Assembly: GCF_964355755.1 (NCBI RefSeq)
Contig: NC_092672.1
Location: 33,920,437-33,984,436 of the forward strand
Source of the DNA: Antedon mediterranea
Taxonomy: Eukaryota > Animalia > Echinodermata
Reading direction: 5' to 3'
DNA: 64,000 nucleotides
The notes beneath the pieces are model-generated. The model worked only from the letters and a program-made list of their open reading frames with translations, had not been told where the DNA came from and did no database searches. Shown here in pieces: positions 27,263-39,550 of the stretch; the stretch's first letter is position 1, and every line of letters starts with the position of its first letter. Position numbers and translations under genes: made by a program.

Positions 27263-28149
27263 GTTTACCTGGACTGTCGTCTGCTAATAATTTATTGCAG
27301 TCAACACATTGTTTTTGTTCGCAGAAATGATCTTCAAAATAATACTAAAAAGAAATTATGCATAAAAACACAAATATATTATTTATTACAATAGAACTTT
27401 AACCTTATTCATTTTGATAATGGAAAATGTTGTTTCGAAAGCATTTGCGTTACATGGAAAAAATACTACTAACTACGCCACTTTACGTCTAGAAGCCTGC
27501 CCTCTATTGACTAGTATAAATCAAATTAGATGTAGCCCACCCTCTAGAGTAGGGCTACTACAAACTTCGAATACTGTACATTTTGATACTGCAGCTAATC
27601 TACACAACTCAAACCATTATGCCATGCAATCCGTTTCTTCGTGAAATTATTAGAATAATAATAATAATATTATCGATATCAAAACCTGCATGGTGCAGTA
27701 CTCCATTCGGATTGGAGAATTAGTTATATTGATTATTTTTTCACTCACATATTTTAATCGATTATGCTTTTGCTTTAGTATTATATTATATAGCTTATAA
27801 GTTGTAATTTTTAATGTATAAAATATTAGATTGTGCAATATACCGTATTCCATATAGAAAACAAAAAAAAGATCTACACACTACGAACATTGATTTGCGG
27901 TACATCACGTATATTCAGACATCTTACAAGATACAAGTCTACTTTATTGTCAAAATTTTACAATTTAGAAATATGTTTTGTACCATAGTAGATCATTAAA
28001 TAATACAAAGTTATAAATATTTAAATAAATGAATACAAGTTACTATCTTTTAAAAGTTTTGATTCAATAAATTGCATACCAAAAACAGTGTTGAAAATCT
28101 GAAATTGTTTTCTGTGTCATAAGTTAATAACAATCATTAAAAGATGAGA

Positions 28150-29065
28150 AGCCAAAGGCAATGTTAAATTAATATAAGGGAAAATATTAGAACTAGACGA
28201 ATTTAACCAAAAATATAATTTTAAACCAGACTTCTTATTATATCACCAGATTGTAAATTCAATTCCAAAGCTCTGGAAACAGAAATTAATTGAACAAGGT
28301 ATAAACACAACTAATGAAGTTGAATCCAAATTACAGACATTCATTTCTGTGAAAACGAGAAATTGTCATTATATCTATAAACACATTATATTAAAAAATG
28401 TTGAAGAGCCAATTGGAATTGAATCCAAATGGGAAAAGGAGTTTGACAACAAACTTAATTGGAAAAACCTTTTCTCAAATTTACACGCCTGTACAAATGA
28501 CACTAAGCTAAAAAATGTTCAATTTAAATTTATTCATCGTATAATTTATACAAATACAATGCTCTTTAAGAGGTCAAAGGTCGATTCACCAATGTGTAGT
28601 TTTTGCAAGGAAAAGCAGGAAACACTGCTACATATGTTCTTTGAATGTGATCTGGTAAAGAACATTTGGGAAAATGTAAAACAATATATGTATCGAAATA
28701 TCAACAATAACTTAATTATCACCAAAGAAAGTATATGTTTTGGTTTTGGAAAAACACACAGTGATGCAAACATTTTAATTTTAATTACAAAGTGGTACAT
28801 ATTTAGTTGCAAAATCAAAAAACAATTACTTAATTATAATCATTTATTTCACATTTACCAAAAATACAAGGCAACCATATTATTAGCAAAATGATTATTA
28901 TTAAGTGTATTTTTGCGATACATTATTTTTTTTTTCTTTAATTTCATTACTCTCTTATTTTTGAGAGAGTATTATATCGTTTTAATAGTTACGTTGCCTT
29001 TATATATTAATTTTGTATTATGTATGTGATGAAATGAAATAAAAAAAAAAAATAAATAAATAAAT
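28150..29065 (+). mobile_element. 5'-truncated L1/Tx1-like LINE 3' end (zf-RVT-type C-terminus) with A-rich tail
   Basis: ORF 28349-28894 has 'QFKFIHRII.TN..L...CSFC....ETLLHMFFEC..VK.IW'. AATAAA and poly(A) lie near 29038-29063. Confidence 0.85.
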
Positions 29066-30601
29066 TAATATAATTATTTAATCTTTTAAATTATTAACTT
29101 ATGATATAGAGTCTCATTCGTTATTTTAAAAAACGACTTGTGGCTACATGAGAGAGAAAATGACCAATTAGCAATTTGTTTCAATGCTTATGTAAATCTA
29201 AGCCAATCAAATTGTTTAAAATGGTAATTTGAATATCAAGTGAGCAGCATACCACGATTCTTCAGGTTGTTCATTTTCTACGAAGAGGGGAAGCGTGCCG
29301 AACAAAATGGTGACAATTGTAAGCCTGGTGAGTTTAATCAAAGAATATATATCACAAGAATGAGTAATCCGCGATTTTCCCTGTAACAGTAATATTGTCC
29401 ATGTGGTAGGGCGCCGCCATAAGTGTGGATGTATCTGGGATGTATACAACTTTTTGTGACGGTTTCACTAATCAAAGGCTGGACCACCGGTAGTATTTTG
29501 ATAAAAAATGTTATCAACTACATGCCAACATCATGTTAAATACTATTTGGATATTTAATTGTTCGTTTTATGCAATTTATTTAGTAAAAACTGCCGTATA
29601 AACAGTTTGCTTTATCAACCGGGCGCTACAATAGCGTGACCGGGCGCGATTTTTTTTTTCGTACATAAGTTGGGGACCCCCTCATGAAACGTCACAAAAT
29701 AAACATGAATAATTCATCATTTAAAATTAAAATTATAGTTTCTATTAATACTATTAGGCCTAATTATTAGTCTCTAAACCCATGTCTATTCTAGTAGTAG
29801 CTGTGTGGGTGTGTGTGACGTGTGTGTGTTAGATATGACCAAACTATCTTTGGTATGACACAATCCGAGTAATAAGTCAGCAAAATTAAACAATAAACAT
29901 TACAGAAAAATACATTTTTTATTCTGTGAGTCAAATCTTCCCATCTCATGTGTTCATATACGCGCATTTTTAAAGTTCCTTTGAGTACATGCATATTGTT
30001 TGATAATAAAATAGCAGAATTAAAAAAATACATTGCACAAATTATACACATTCTTTATTCTTGTGGGTCTAAGCTTTCTTTGGGCTATGTCCAATGAATT
30101 ACTACTTAGTTTAATGTCTTGCCTAGCTGTCGATTAGCCTCGACTCGACACATTTTGTGTGAAGAGTGCGCGAAGGCAATCACGTGAATTGACTTAGAAT
30201 CCTAGGCCTACTGTAGAAAGAAAGTATCGTATCGCAGTTGTGTAGGCCTAGGATTCTAAGTCAATTCACGTGATTGCCTTCGCGCACTCTTCTTTTTCAC
30301 ACACACACACACACCACTATGCAAAATGTGTCGAGTCGAGGCTAATCGACAGCTAGGCAAGACATTACACTAAGTAGTAATTCATTGGACATAGCCCAAA
30401 GAAAGCTTAGACCCACAAGAATAAAGAATGTGTATAATTTGTGTACTGTATTTTTTTAATTCTGCTATTTTATTATCAAACAATATGCATGTAATCAAAG
30501 GAACTGCGCGTATATGAACACATGAGATGGGAAGGTTAGACCCACGAGAATAAAAAATGTATTTTTGTGTAATGTTTATTGTTTAATTTTGCTGACTCTA
30601 A

Positions 30602-32086
30602 AGGCTGGTTTCCTGTCGACGTAAGAACATCACTTTTGTTGCGACTACGTCGATTTGTCGTAAGAAATGCGGATTTTACAGGAAACCGATTACGATCGAA
30701 AATTTACAAAATCGACGCAACGTAAGAAAAATGGTAACGACAAACGATTTTACAGGAAACCGATGACCTAACAATTATTGCGTTACGACGTTTTCTTCCG
30801 ATTTTACAGGAAACCGGGATTTTTGATCTTACGCTTGAATGAACGCCCTTGCGTCACGTTTCTTACGTCTCTTACGAAAGTTGACTTGAAGTCAACTTTC
30901 GCAAGAGACGTAAGCGCAATCGTAACAAGCAACCAATGAGCGACAAGAGTTATGACGTAATGTGTATGTCCTTATAGTGAAATAAAGCCGGACAATAACA
31001 TTTGTATGTATTTACTACTATAATTTTAGCCCACTTTACGATGTTGTACATACTTTACAAATGCACAGTAGTTTCAATATAGGCCTAATAATGTTCTAAT
31101 CAGGGAGTTTACAGCTCATATCAAAATCTAATACTCTTATTTATGGACGTGCAATAAACAATCAGCATCGGTAGAAACGTCACGAAAATGAACATTTGCA
31201 ACAAGATAAGATATAGAAAGCCCCTTTGTAAGCAATATAATATTATTATGTAACTTTTAAAAAAAATTGTTTGCTTGATTTTGTATAATTTATATTGTTT
31301 TGTTAAATTTATTCTTATTATAGGCCTGTAAATAATGGATATCTTACTGCGGTAGTACTATCTCATGCTCGATTAGAGTATGCCTGGGCCCATAGGCCAA
31401 GGCCTAGCCTAGGGCCTAGGTAGGTCTAATAATAATAGGAATCCCGAAATGATTTGCCTTTTTTTAATTTTGAAAACTATTTAAGGCTAGGCCTAAAGGG
31501 CCAGTATAATTCATTCATATTTTGATTCATACAATAATACATAGGCCTACTAGCCTAGGCTCCTTATAGGCTAGTTTGATTAGATTTTGGTCAAATCAAT
31601 TCCTATTAGTACAGTATTAATTAAGTATTATTACTAATACTAGGGCCTAGCCTATCTACTAAAAATAATATGTTGGTGTGCTGCACTGACACTGATGCTG
31701 AGTTGCACTGACACTGATGCTGAGTAGCTACAGGTACAATAACATCATTCAACATTTCGCGCGAAAAATGATAAAACCCGCTCTAAAAAGAAACACCAAT
31801 CAGAGATGTTGTTTCAAATACGTCATAAATCTGACCGACGTAAGAAAAAAATTTCAACTTTCGTAACAACACTAAAATCGACGTAAGCATACGACGTGTG
31901 TTTCACAGCTAAAATTTCAACTTTCGGGAGCAGCATAACTACAGATGTTTTTCTGCGGCCCGACACGATCTTGACTAACGTCAACGACGTCAATTTTTTC
32001 TCAACTTTCGTAAGAGACGTAAGAAACGTATGAAACGCAAGAATCGTTGCAAAATTCGACTTCTTACGTCGACAGGAAACCAGCCT
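30602..32086. mobile_element. nested PIF/Harbinger-like non-autonomous element (TAA TSD), left-arm copy
   Basis: TAA|AGGCTGGTTTCCTGTCGACGTAAGAA ... TTCTTACGTCGACAGGAAACCAGCCT|TAA. Confidence 0.85.
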
Positions 32087-32879
32087 TAACACACACGTCA
32101 CACACACCAACACAGCTACTACTAGAATAGACATGGGTTTAGAGAATAGTAATTAGGCCTAATAGTATCAATAGAAACTATAATTTTAACACGTAATTCT
32201 TTAGTAATAAATTATATTAAACACACCATAAACTAAAGGCTGATTATTTCGACAATCCACACAAAACGCCGCTATTCTATTATGAAATCGCACGCGGCAA
32301 CCACAGCGGAGATAGGCCTAGAATCCGTACCGCACTTGTGTAAACTACTGTAATCACTTCTTGTTGTTGCTATACGCTTGGGTGCACACGGAACAAGAAA
32401 ATTTAACTGATGAATTATTCATGTTTATTTTGTGACGTTTCATGAGGGGGTCCCCAACTTATGTACGAAAAAAAAAATCGCCGGTCGATTTTTTTTTTCG
32501 TACATAAGTTGGGGACCCCCTCATGAAACGTCACAAAATAAACATGAATAATTCATCAGTTAAATTTTCTTGTTCCGTGTGCACCCAAGCGTATAGCAAC
32601 AACAAGAAGTGATTACAGTAGTTTACACAAGTGCGGTACGGATTCTAGGCCTATCTCCGCTGTGGTTGCCGCGTGCGATTTCATAATAGAATAGCGGCGT
32701 TTTGTGTGGATTGTCGAAATAATCAGCCTTTAGTTTATGGTGTGTTTAATATAATTTATTACTAAAGAATTACGTGTTAAAATTATAGTTTCTATTGATA
32801 CTATTAGGCCTAATTACTATTCTCTAAACCCATGTCTATTCTAGTAGTAGCTGTGTTGGTGTGTGTGACGTGTGTGTTA

Positions 32880-34364
32880 AGGCTGGTTTCCTGTCGACGT
32901 AAGAAGTCGAATTTTGCAACGATTCTTGCGTTTCATACGTTTCTTACGTCTCTTACGAAAGTTGAGAAAAAATTGACGTCGTTGACGTTAGTCAAGATCG
33001 TGTCGGGCCGCAGAAAAACATCTGTAGTTATGCTGCTCCCGAAAGTTGAAATTTTAGCTGTGAAACACACGTCGTATGCTTACGTCGATTTTAGTGTTGT
33101 TACGAAAGTTGAAATTTTTTTCTTACGTCGGTCAGATTTATGACGTATTTGAAACAACATCTCTGATTGGTGTTTCTTTTTAGAGCGGGTTTTATCATTT
33201 TTCGCGCGAAATGTTGAATGATGTTATTGTACCTGTAGCTACTCAGCATCAGTGTCAGTGCAACTCAGCATCAGTGTCAGTGCAGCACACCAACATATTA
33301 TTTTTAGTAGATAGGCTAGGCCCTAGTATTAGTAATAATACTTAATTAATACTGTACTAATAGGAATTGATTTGACCAAAATCTAATCAAACTAGCCTAT
33401 AAGGAGCCTAGGCTAGTAGGCCTATGTATTATTGTATGAATCAAAATATGAATGAATTATACTGGCCCTTTAGGCCTAGCCTTAAATAGTTTTCAAAATT
33501 AAAAAAAGGCAAATCATTTCGGGATTCCTATTATTATTAGACCTACCTAGGCCCTAGGCTAGGCCTTGGCCTATGGGCCCAGGCATACTCTAATCGAGCA
33601 TGAGATAGTACTACCGCAGTAAGATATCCATTATTTACAGGCCTATAATAAGAATAAATTTAACAAAACAATATAAATTATACAAAATCAAGCAAACAAT
33701 TTTTTTTAAAAGTTACATAATAATATTATATTGCTTACAAAGGGGCTTTCTATATCTTATCTTGTTGCAAATGTTCATTTTCGTGACGTTTCTACCGATG
33801 CTGATTGTTTATTGCACGTCCATAAATAAGAGTATTAGATTTTGATATGAGCTGTAAACTCCCTGATTAGAACATTATTAGGCCTATATTGAAACTACTG
33901 TGCATTTGTAAAGTATGTACAACATCGTAAAGTGGGCTAAAATTATAGTAGTAAATACATACAAATGTTATTGTCCGGCTTTATTTCACTATAAGGACAT
34001 ACACATTACGTCATAACTCTTGTCGCTCATTGGTTGCTTGTTACGATTGCGCTTACGTCTCTTGCGAAAGTTGACTTCAAGTCAACTTTCGTAAGAGACG
34101 TAAGAAACGTGACGCAAGGGCGTTCATTCAAGCGTAAGATCAAAAATCCCGGTTTCCTGTAAAATCGGAAGAAAACGTCGTAACGCAATAATTGTTAGGT
34201 CATCGGTTTCCTGTAAAATCGTTTGTCGTTACCATTTTTCTTACGTTGCGTCGATTTTGTAAATTTTCGATCGTAATCGGTTTCCTGTAAAATCCGCATT
34301 TCTTACGACAAATCGACGTAGTCGCAACAAAAGTGATGTTCTTACGTCGACAGGAAACCAGCCT
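32880..34364. mobile_element. mirror copy of the nested Harbinger-like element in the right arm
   Basis: Reverse complement of 30602-32086. Confidence 0.85.
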
Positions 34365-36426
34365 TTAGAGTCAGCAAAATTAAACAATAAACATTACACA
34401 AAAATACATTTTTTATTCTCGTGGGTCTAACCTTCCCATCTCATGTGTTCATATACGCGCAGTTCCTTTGATTACATGCATATTGTTTGATAATAAAATA
34501 GCAGAATTAAAAAAATACAGTACACAAATTATACACATTCTTTATTCTTGTGGGTCTAAGCTTTCTTTGGGCTATGTCCAATGAATTACTACTTAGTGTA
34601 ATGTCTTGCCTAGCTGTCGATTAGCCTCGACTCGACACATTTTGCATAGTGGTGTGTGTGTGTGTGTGAAAAAGAAGAGTGCGCGAAGGCAATCACGTGA
34701 ATTGACTTAGAATCCTAGGCCTACACAACTGCGATACGATACTTTCTTTCTACAGTAGGCCTAGGATTCTAAGTCAATTCACGTGATTGCCTTCGCGCAC
34801 TCTTCACACAAAATGTGTCGAGTCGAGGCTAATCGACAGCTAGGCAAGACATTAAACTAAGTAGTAATTCATTGGACATAGCCCAAAGAAAGCTTAGACC
34901 CACAAGAATAAAGAATGTGTATAATTTGTGCAATGTATTTTTTTAATTCTGCTATTTTATTATCAAACAATATGCATGTACTCAAAGGAACTTTAAAAAT
35001 GCGCGTATATGAACACATGAGATGGGAAGATTTGACTCACAGAATAAAAAATGTATTTTTCTGTAATGTTTATTGTTTAATTTTGCTGACTTATTACTCG
35101 GATTGTGTCATACCAAAGATAGTTTGGTCATATCTAACACACACACGTCACACACACCCACACAGCTACTACTAGAATAGACATGGGTTTAGAGACTAAT
35201 AATTAGGCCTAATAGTATTAATAGAAACTATAATTTTAATTTTAAATGATGAATTATTCATGTTTATTTTGTGACGTTTCATGAGGGGGTCCCCAACTTA
35301 TGTACGAAAAAAAAAATCGCGACCGGGCGTGTTGGTGTTTACGCGTTTTCACGTAGGATAGTTTAATAATATTCCTATATTTAACTTGTTTCTGGTAAAA
35401 CAAATAAATGTTAATGACATTTAACATTTTTTCCTATTAATAACATGTATTTTATACTAATTTATATCATAAAAACAATACTTAATTTACCGGGCGTAGA
35501 GGAGTACACGGGCAATGGTAAAGAATAGGCCGTGCTGAGTAACGATTCGTTGACTTTTGGTGTTGCTGTGTTAGGCCTTTTTTGTGAACTAACTTAGCAT
35601 GTTAGTAAAAAATTGTCTGTAAAAGTGAATGTACACTAGTTTGTTAATAAATATGTATTATAAAATAGTTTACAATTGCAAAACTATTATCATAATTCTA
35701 TTTAATGTGACATGTATAATATCTATTAAATCAAGTCTTATTTGTATGGATGTATACATCCGCCCTTATGAGGGCGGGCATCACTCTCTGGAGCTAGCTC
35801 TATGTTACAAATTTCTCATGCAAAAATCGCGGAATACTCATTCTTGTGATATATATTCTTTGGTTTAATACATGGTGCTCTACCGCCATATCTATACAAA
35901 ATACATAAGCACAGTCTAGATAATACTAAATAGGAAGCTAAAACCGCTAAAAGTTCAATCTGTAGTCGAATAGGCTTAAAGAATTAGGACGAAAGAAAAT
36001 CGGGTTTGATCGTTCACCTGTTCAATGACGATGTTGTTCATGTAGTACCATAGGTGTTGCAGTGGGTCTATTGATGAGGTGGCCCATCAATCATTTTAAG
36101 ATAATTATATTGTATTTTTGTTTTTATTTGTAGGTCATTACAAGAAATTTAACCTAAATCGCAAGTTCTTTTGGACCTAATTCTAAAACTTGTGGATGAA
36201 GAAAAATAATTCATATAAAAAGATGCACTGCTGGCTTACTGGAGTCTATTGAGTCTGCGCGCTATGGTGCTCCCCAAAATCTTTCTGGGATATTATTATT
36301 TTTTCATCGTAGCTTTGGAGCATCGGTCCATCAAACAATAGTAAGAACTAATACAACCGAACCAAAATATTATTTTGCATAAATAAAATGTTGATTCAAA
36401 TTTGTAGAGTACTAACACACATAAGA

Positions 36427-36456
36427 CATGGAGGTATCTATTTTTATACCTCCATG
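36427..36456. mobile_element. 30-bp P-element-like remnant with 7-bp TSD (1 mismatch)
   Basis: CATAAGA-CATGGAGGTAT CTATTTTT ATACCTCCATG-CATACGA. Confidence 0.6.
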
Positions 36457-37477
36457 CATACGATTTGCTACCGTGCGTATTATTTTGACGATTTGATTGG
36501 TTGAATTAACTGGTGGGGTTAACAACCTCTAGAAACATTTTCACTTTACTCTAACGTCTCTGCGCATGCGCACTTTACACGCTCGGAATAATAACTACCG
36601 GTGGAAAAGAATTATAATTTTACTACCGTTATAATTCTTTGGTCTTGTGTGTATTTTTTAATTCACAGTGCATCTGCTCAACGAGAAAGCATCAAACTTT
36701 TTTTACAGGTGATTTTAGGAAATAGTTTAAGAAAATAGGCCTACCGATTATTGGTTGTATCATGCATGAAATTTAGGCATATGAAATCAATATTGTTTAT
36801 AATTTGATTATTAATATGATATAACAAAAAAAAAGATTGTATCAATAGGTATACATCAATTGCCAATTATATCATAGAATAATGTGCTACACATAATAAA
36901 TGTTCAACAATTCATATGTATTTTTACAAACATATGGATTTTGCGAATTTTATTAATTATTAATTTTGAGTTTAAATAATTTAACTAAATTGTTTAGCAA
37001 AAACAACTCTTATGGAATTTATTTTCAAAATTAGTGTCCATTTTCGCTTCCAATTTTTATCATCAAAGCAATTATAATATTTATTTTGTTAGGTTTGTCT
37101 AGCTTTTTACATTTTAATTGACCATGTCGTGCTTCATACTTTTAAAACTATTGAGCAAAAATAATGCAGATTTCTTCTGATTTTTTTATTGATTCAAACG
37201 ACTTTTTGTTTTTTTATCGGCTAATCCACAAGTGTTTGTACCATTTCTGTGCTTACTATGTAAGTATACGTTTAAATACGATATCTATCGACATAAATCA
37301 TTTATGGTTTTGAGGATTTTACAGGATGTTTTCATCATCTCGATTTGTTTTTATTACGACGTTTCATCAAACTGTTTGAAGAATTTTATTCCACATTGTT
37401 TTGTTCACAGTCGATTGCTATGACGTTATCATTTTTTCCCACGTTTATTCTTATTAGATAAGTATTGAAGCTGAATG

Positions 37478-38425
37478 CATCAACTACGATTTTGTTTTCA
37501 TCAAGATTTTGTTTTCATCAACTACGAGTTTGTTTTCATCAAGATTTTGTTTTTATCAACTACGATTTTGTTTTCATCAACATTTTGTTTTTATCAACTA
37601 CTAATTTTGTTTTCATCAAGATTTTGTTTTCATCAAGATTTTGTTTTCTTCAACTACGATTTTGTTTTCATCAAGATTTTGTTTTTATCAACTACGATTT
37701 TGTTTTTATCAACTACGATTTTGTTTTTATCAAGATTTAGTTTTGGAGTGGAGCTGTGGCTTGGTGGTTATGATGCTTGGCTACCAATCTAAGGGTCCTG
37801 GGTTCAAGTCCTGTCATATGTCAGGGTTTTTTTCTCATGACAATTTACAACTCCACTCCCAAAGACTTAATAATAAGTCTTTGTCTATGTAGAGCATCTT
37901 GTGTATATGTTTGTCTTATATGTTCTAGTGCAGTATATGGAGAGCCATCTCGATAGTGCTTTGCACTCATGGCAATCCTCAGGGTGCTGCACCGCTGTGT
38001 TGTCATGTATGTTTGCCTGAAAATTAAATAAAATAAAATAAAATAAAAACTACGATTTTGTTTTCATCAACTACGATGTTGTTTTCGTCAACTACGATTT
38101 TGTTTTCGTCAACTATACGACTTTGTTTTCGTCAACTAAGATTTTGTTTTCATCAACTACGATTTTGTTTTCATCAACTACGATTTTGTTTTCATCAACT
38201 ACGATTTTGATTTCATCAACTACGATTTTGTTTTTGTCAACTACGATTTTGTTTTTGTCAACTACGATTTTGTTTTCGTCGACTACGATTTTGTTTTTAT
38301 CAACTACGATGTTGTTTTCATCACTCTGATTTTGTTTTCATCACTCCGATTTTGTTTCCATCACTCCGATTTTGTTTTCATCAACCACGAGTTTGTTTTC
38401 ATCAACTGCAATTTTGTTTTCATCG
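37478..38425. repeat. 21-bp minisatellite (CAACTACGATTTTGTTTTCAT) interrupted by a SINE
   Basis: Arrays at about 37478-37738 and 38048-38425. Confidence 0.9.
37749..38048 (+). mobile_element. young tRNA-derived SINE with (TAAAA)n tail
   Basis: A box TGGCTTGGTGG and B box GGTTCAAGTCC; near-identical inverted copy at 44718-45023. Confidence 0.85.
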
Positions 38426-38977
38426 GTTTTTTTTCTCAATTAATTGACTTAACAAAAAAAATAGTGCAAGCGCTGCCGTTTTTCATCACATTTTAGTATT
38501 TCATCACTTGGATTATGACGGCTTTTTTAATCAACGGGTAAGGATGACGTTGAGTACCACCGCGTCATTAATTTTGGTCTACTATACGTAGAGATGTCAT
38601 CACTTCGATTTTTTCATCTTTTTAAGTCTACAAGTTATCTCAACATTTCGTACACTTTGATGTTCGTGTCATCTTCATTTTGCATTTCGTGGTGTGTACC
38701 GACTAAATTATTATTTGTTTTTATATTATTTGATAGTACAGGGTTTTTCTAGTATTGTTAAAGACGATTTCAGCCTACAGTGCAGTCGTAAAGTAAGACT
38801 GTAGGCTAAATTATAGGGCTTTGTATTTATCTAAGAAATATTCTATGATAATTATTAATGATTGATGATGATTATTGATGATTATTAATTTAATGTACAG
38901 TATCCAAGTACAAGTAACATTAGCCTATACTCTAGGCTCTATGCTATGCACAAAAGTGTTTATATATATACACTTGA

Positions 38978-39137
38978 CTGATGAAGGGCTAGTGTTGCCC
39001 GAAAGCTCTAACTTTTCTGGCTGTTTACTTTATCGTTTTGATTTAACTTTTCGCTTTTTATTTTTGTATCTCCATTTAGATCCAGCCACTGATACCCACA
39101 GCATTGTCATTTTTTGTCAGTAATTTGCCTTTGGATT
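38978..39137 (+). mobile_element. Penelope-like terminal fragment of about 160 bp with a hammerhead-like core
   Basis: CTGATGA-AGGGC-TAGTGTT-GCCC-GAAA. Flanked by the direct repeat TATATATACACTTGA. A homologous copy lies at about 52912-53078 on the minus strand. Confidence 0.65.
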
Positions 39138-39550
39138 TATATATACACTTGATATAGATCTATACTGTAGTAGGCCTACATATTCAGGCTCTATTAATAG
39201 TGTTTTTTAAGATTGCATTATTTAGTGATATTATCTCGAAAAAGTTGTTATAATAATATACTCTGTGTAATAGCATTGAGTGATGTAATAGCGATTTTAG
39301 ATCAGCATGTTTTATCTTATGTGCAGTATTATAGCCTATTCGTATATAGTGGTCTTTCGTGACAGAAGACTGTTTTGTGTAGGACTTGTGTTAGGCCTAT
39401 GTTTTGTTAGCACGTCTTTTAGGGTAAAAGTTATTAGCTACAGTTTCAATTTAGCTCTATTATTATAATAACCTAGGCCTAATAATCAATATTAATGATT
39501 TAATGTATTAGCTATATAGTATATAGATTGTGGCTTTAATTATTTACTGT

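Larger units (their letters stand above)
29646..35320. repeat. 5.7-kb palindrome: two inverted copies of a foldback element of about 2.84 kb, centre 32483, 8-bp TSD GACCGGGC
   Basis: Mirror ORFs are identical (29791-30051 / 34915-35175; 31823-32134 / 32832-33143) and mirror coordinates sum to 64966. TSD copies are at 29638-29645 and 35321-35328. Confidence 0.95.
29339..35862. mobile_element. outer P-superfamily-like non-autonomous element (CA termini, 7-bp TSD) hosting the palindrome
   Basis: GTTTAAT|CAAAGAATATATATCACAAGAATGAGTAATCCGCGATTTT ... AAAATCGCGGAATACTCATTCTTGTGATATATATTCTTTG|GTTTAAT. Confidence 0.8.

Noticed and set aside
29791-35175. Duplicated 86-aa and 103-aa ORFs
   Set aside because: No recognisable motifs. 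Their identity simply reflects the DNA palindrome, and one spans a TE junction.
37749-37820. tRNA gene
   Set aside because: It has A/B boxes but no proper acceptor stem, and continues into a SINE body and tail.
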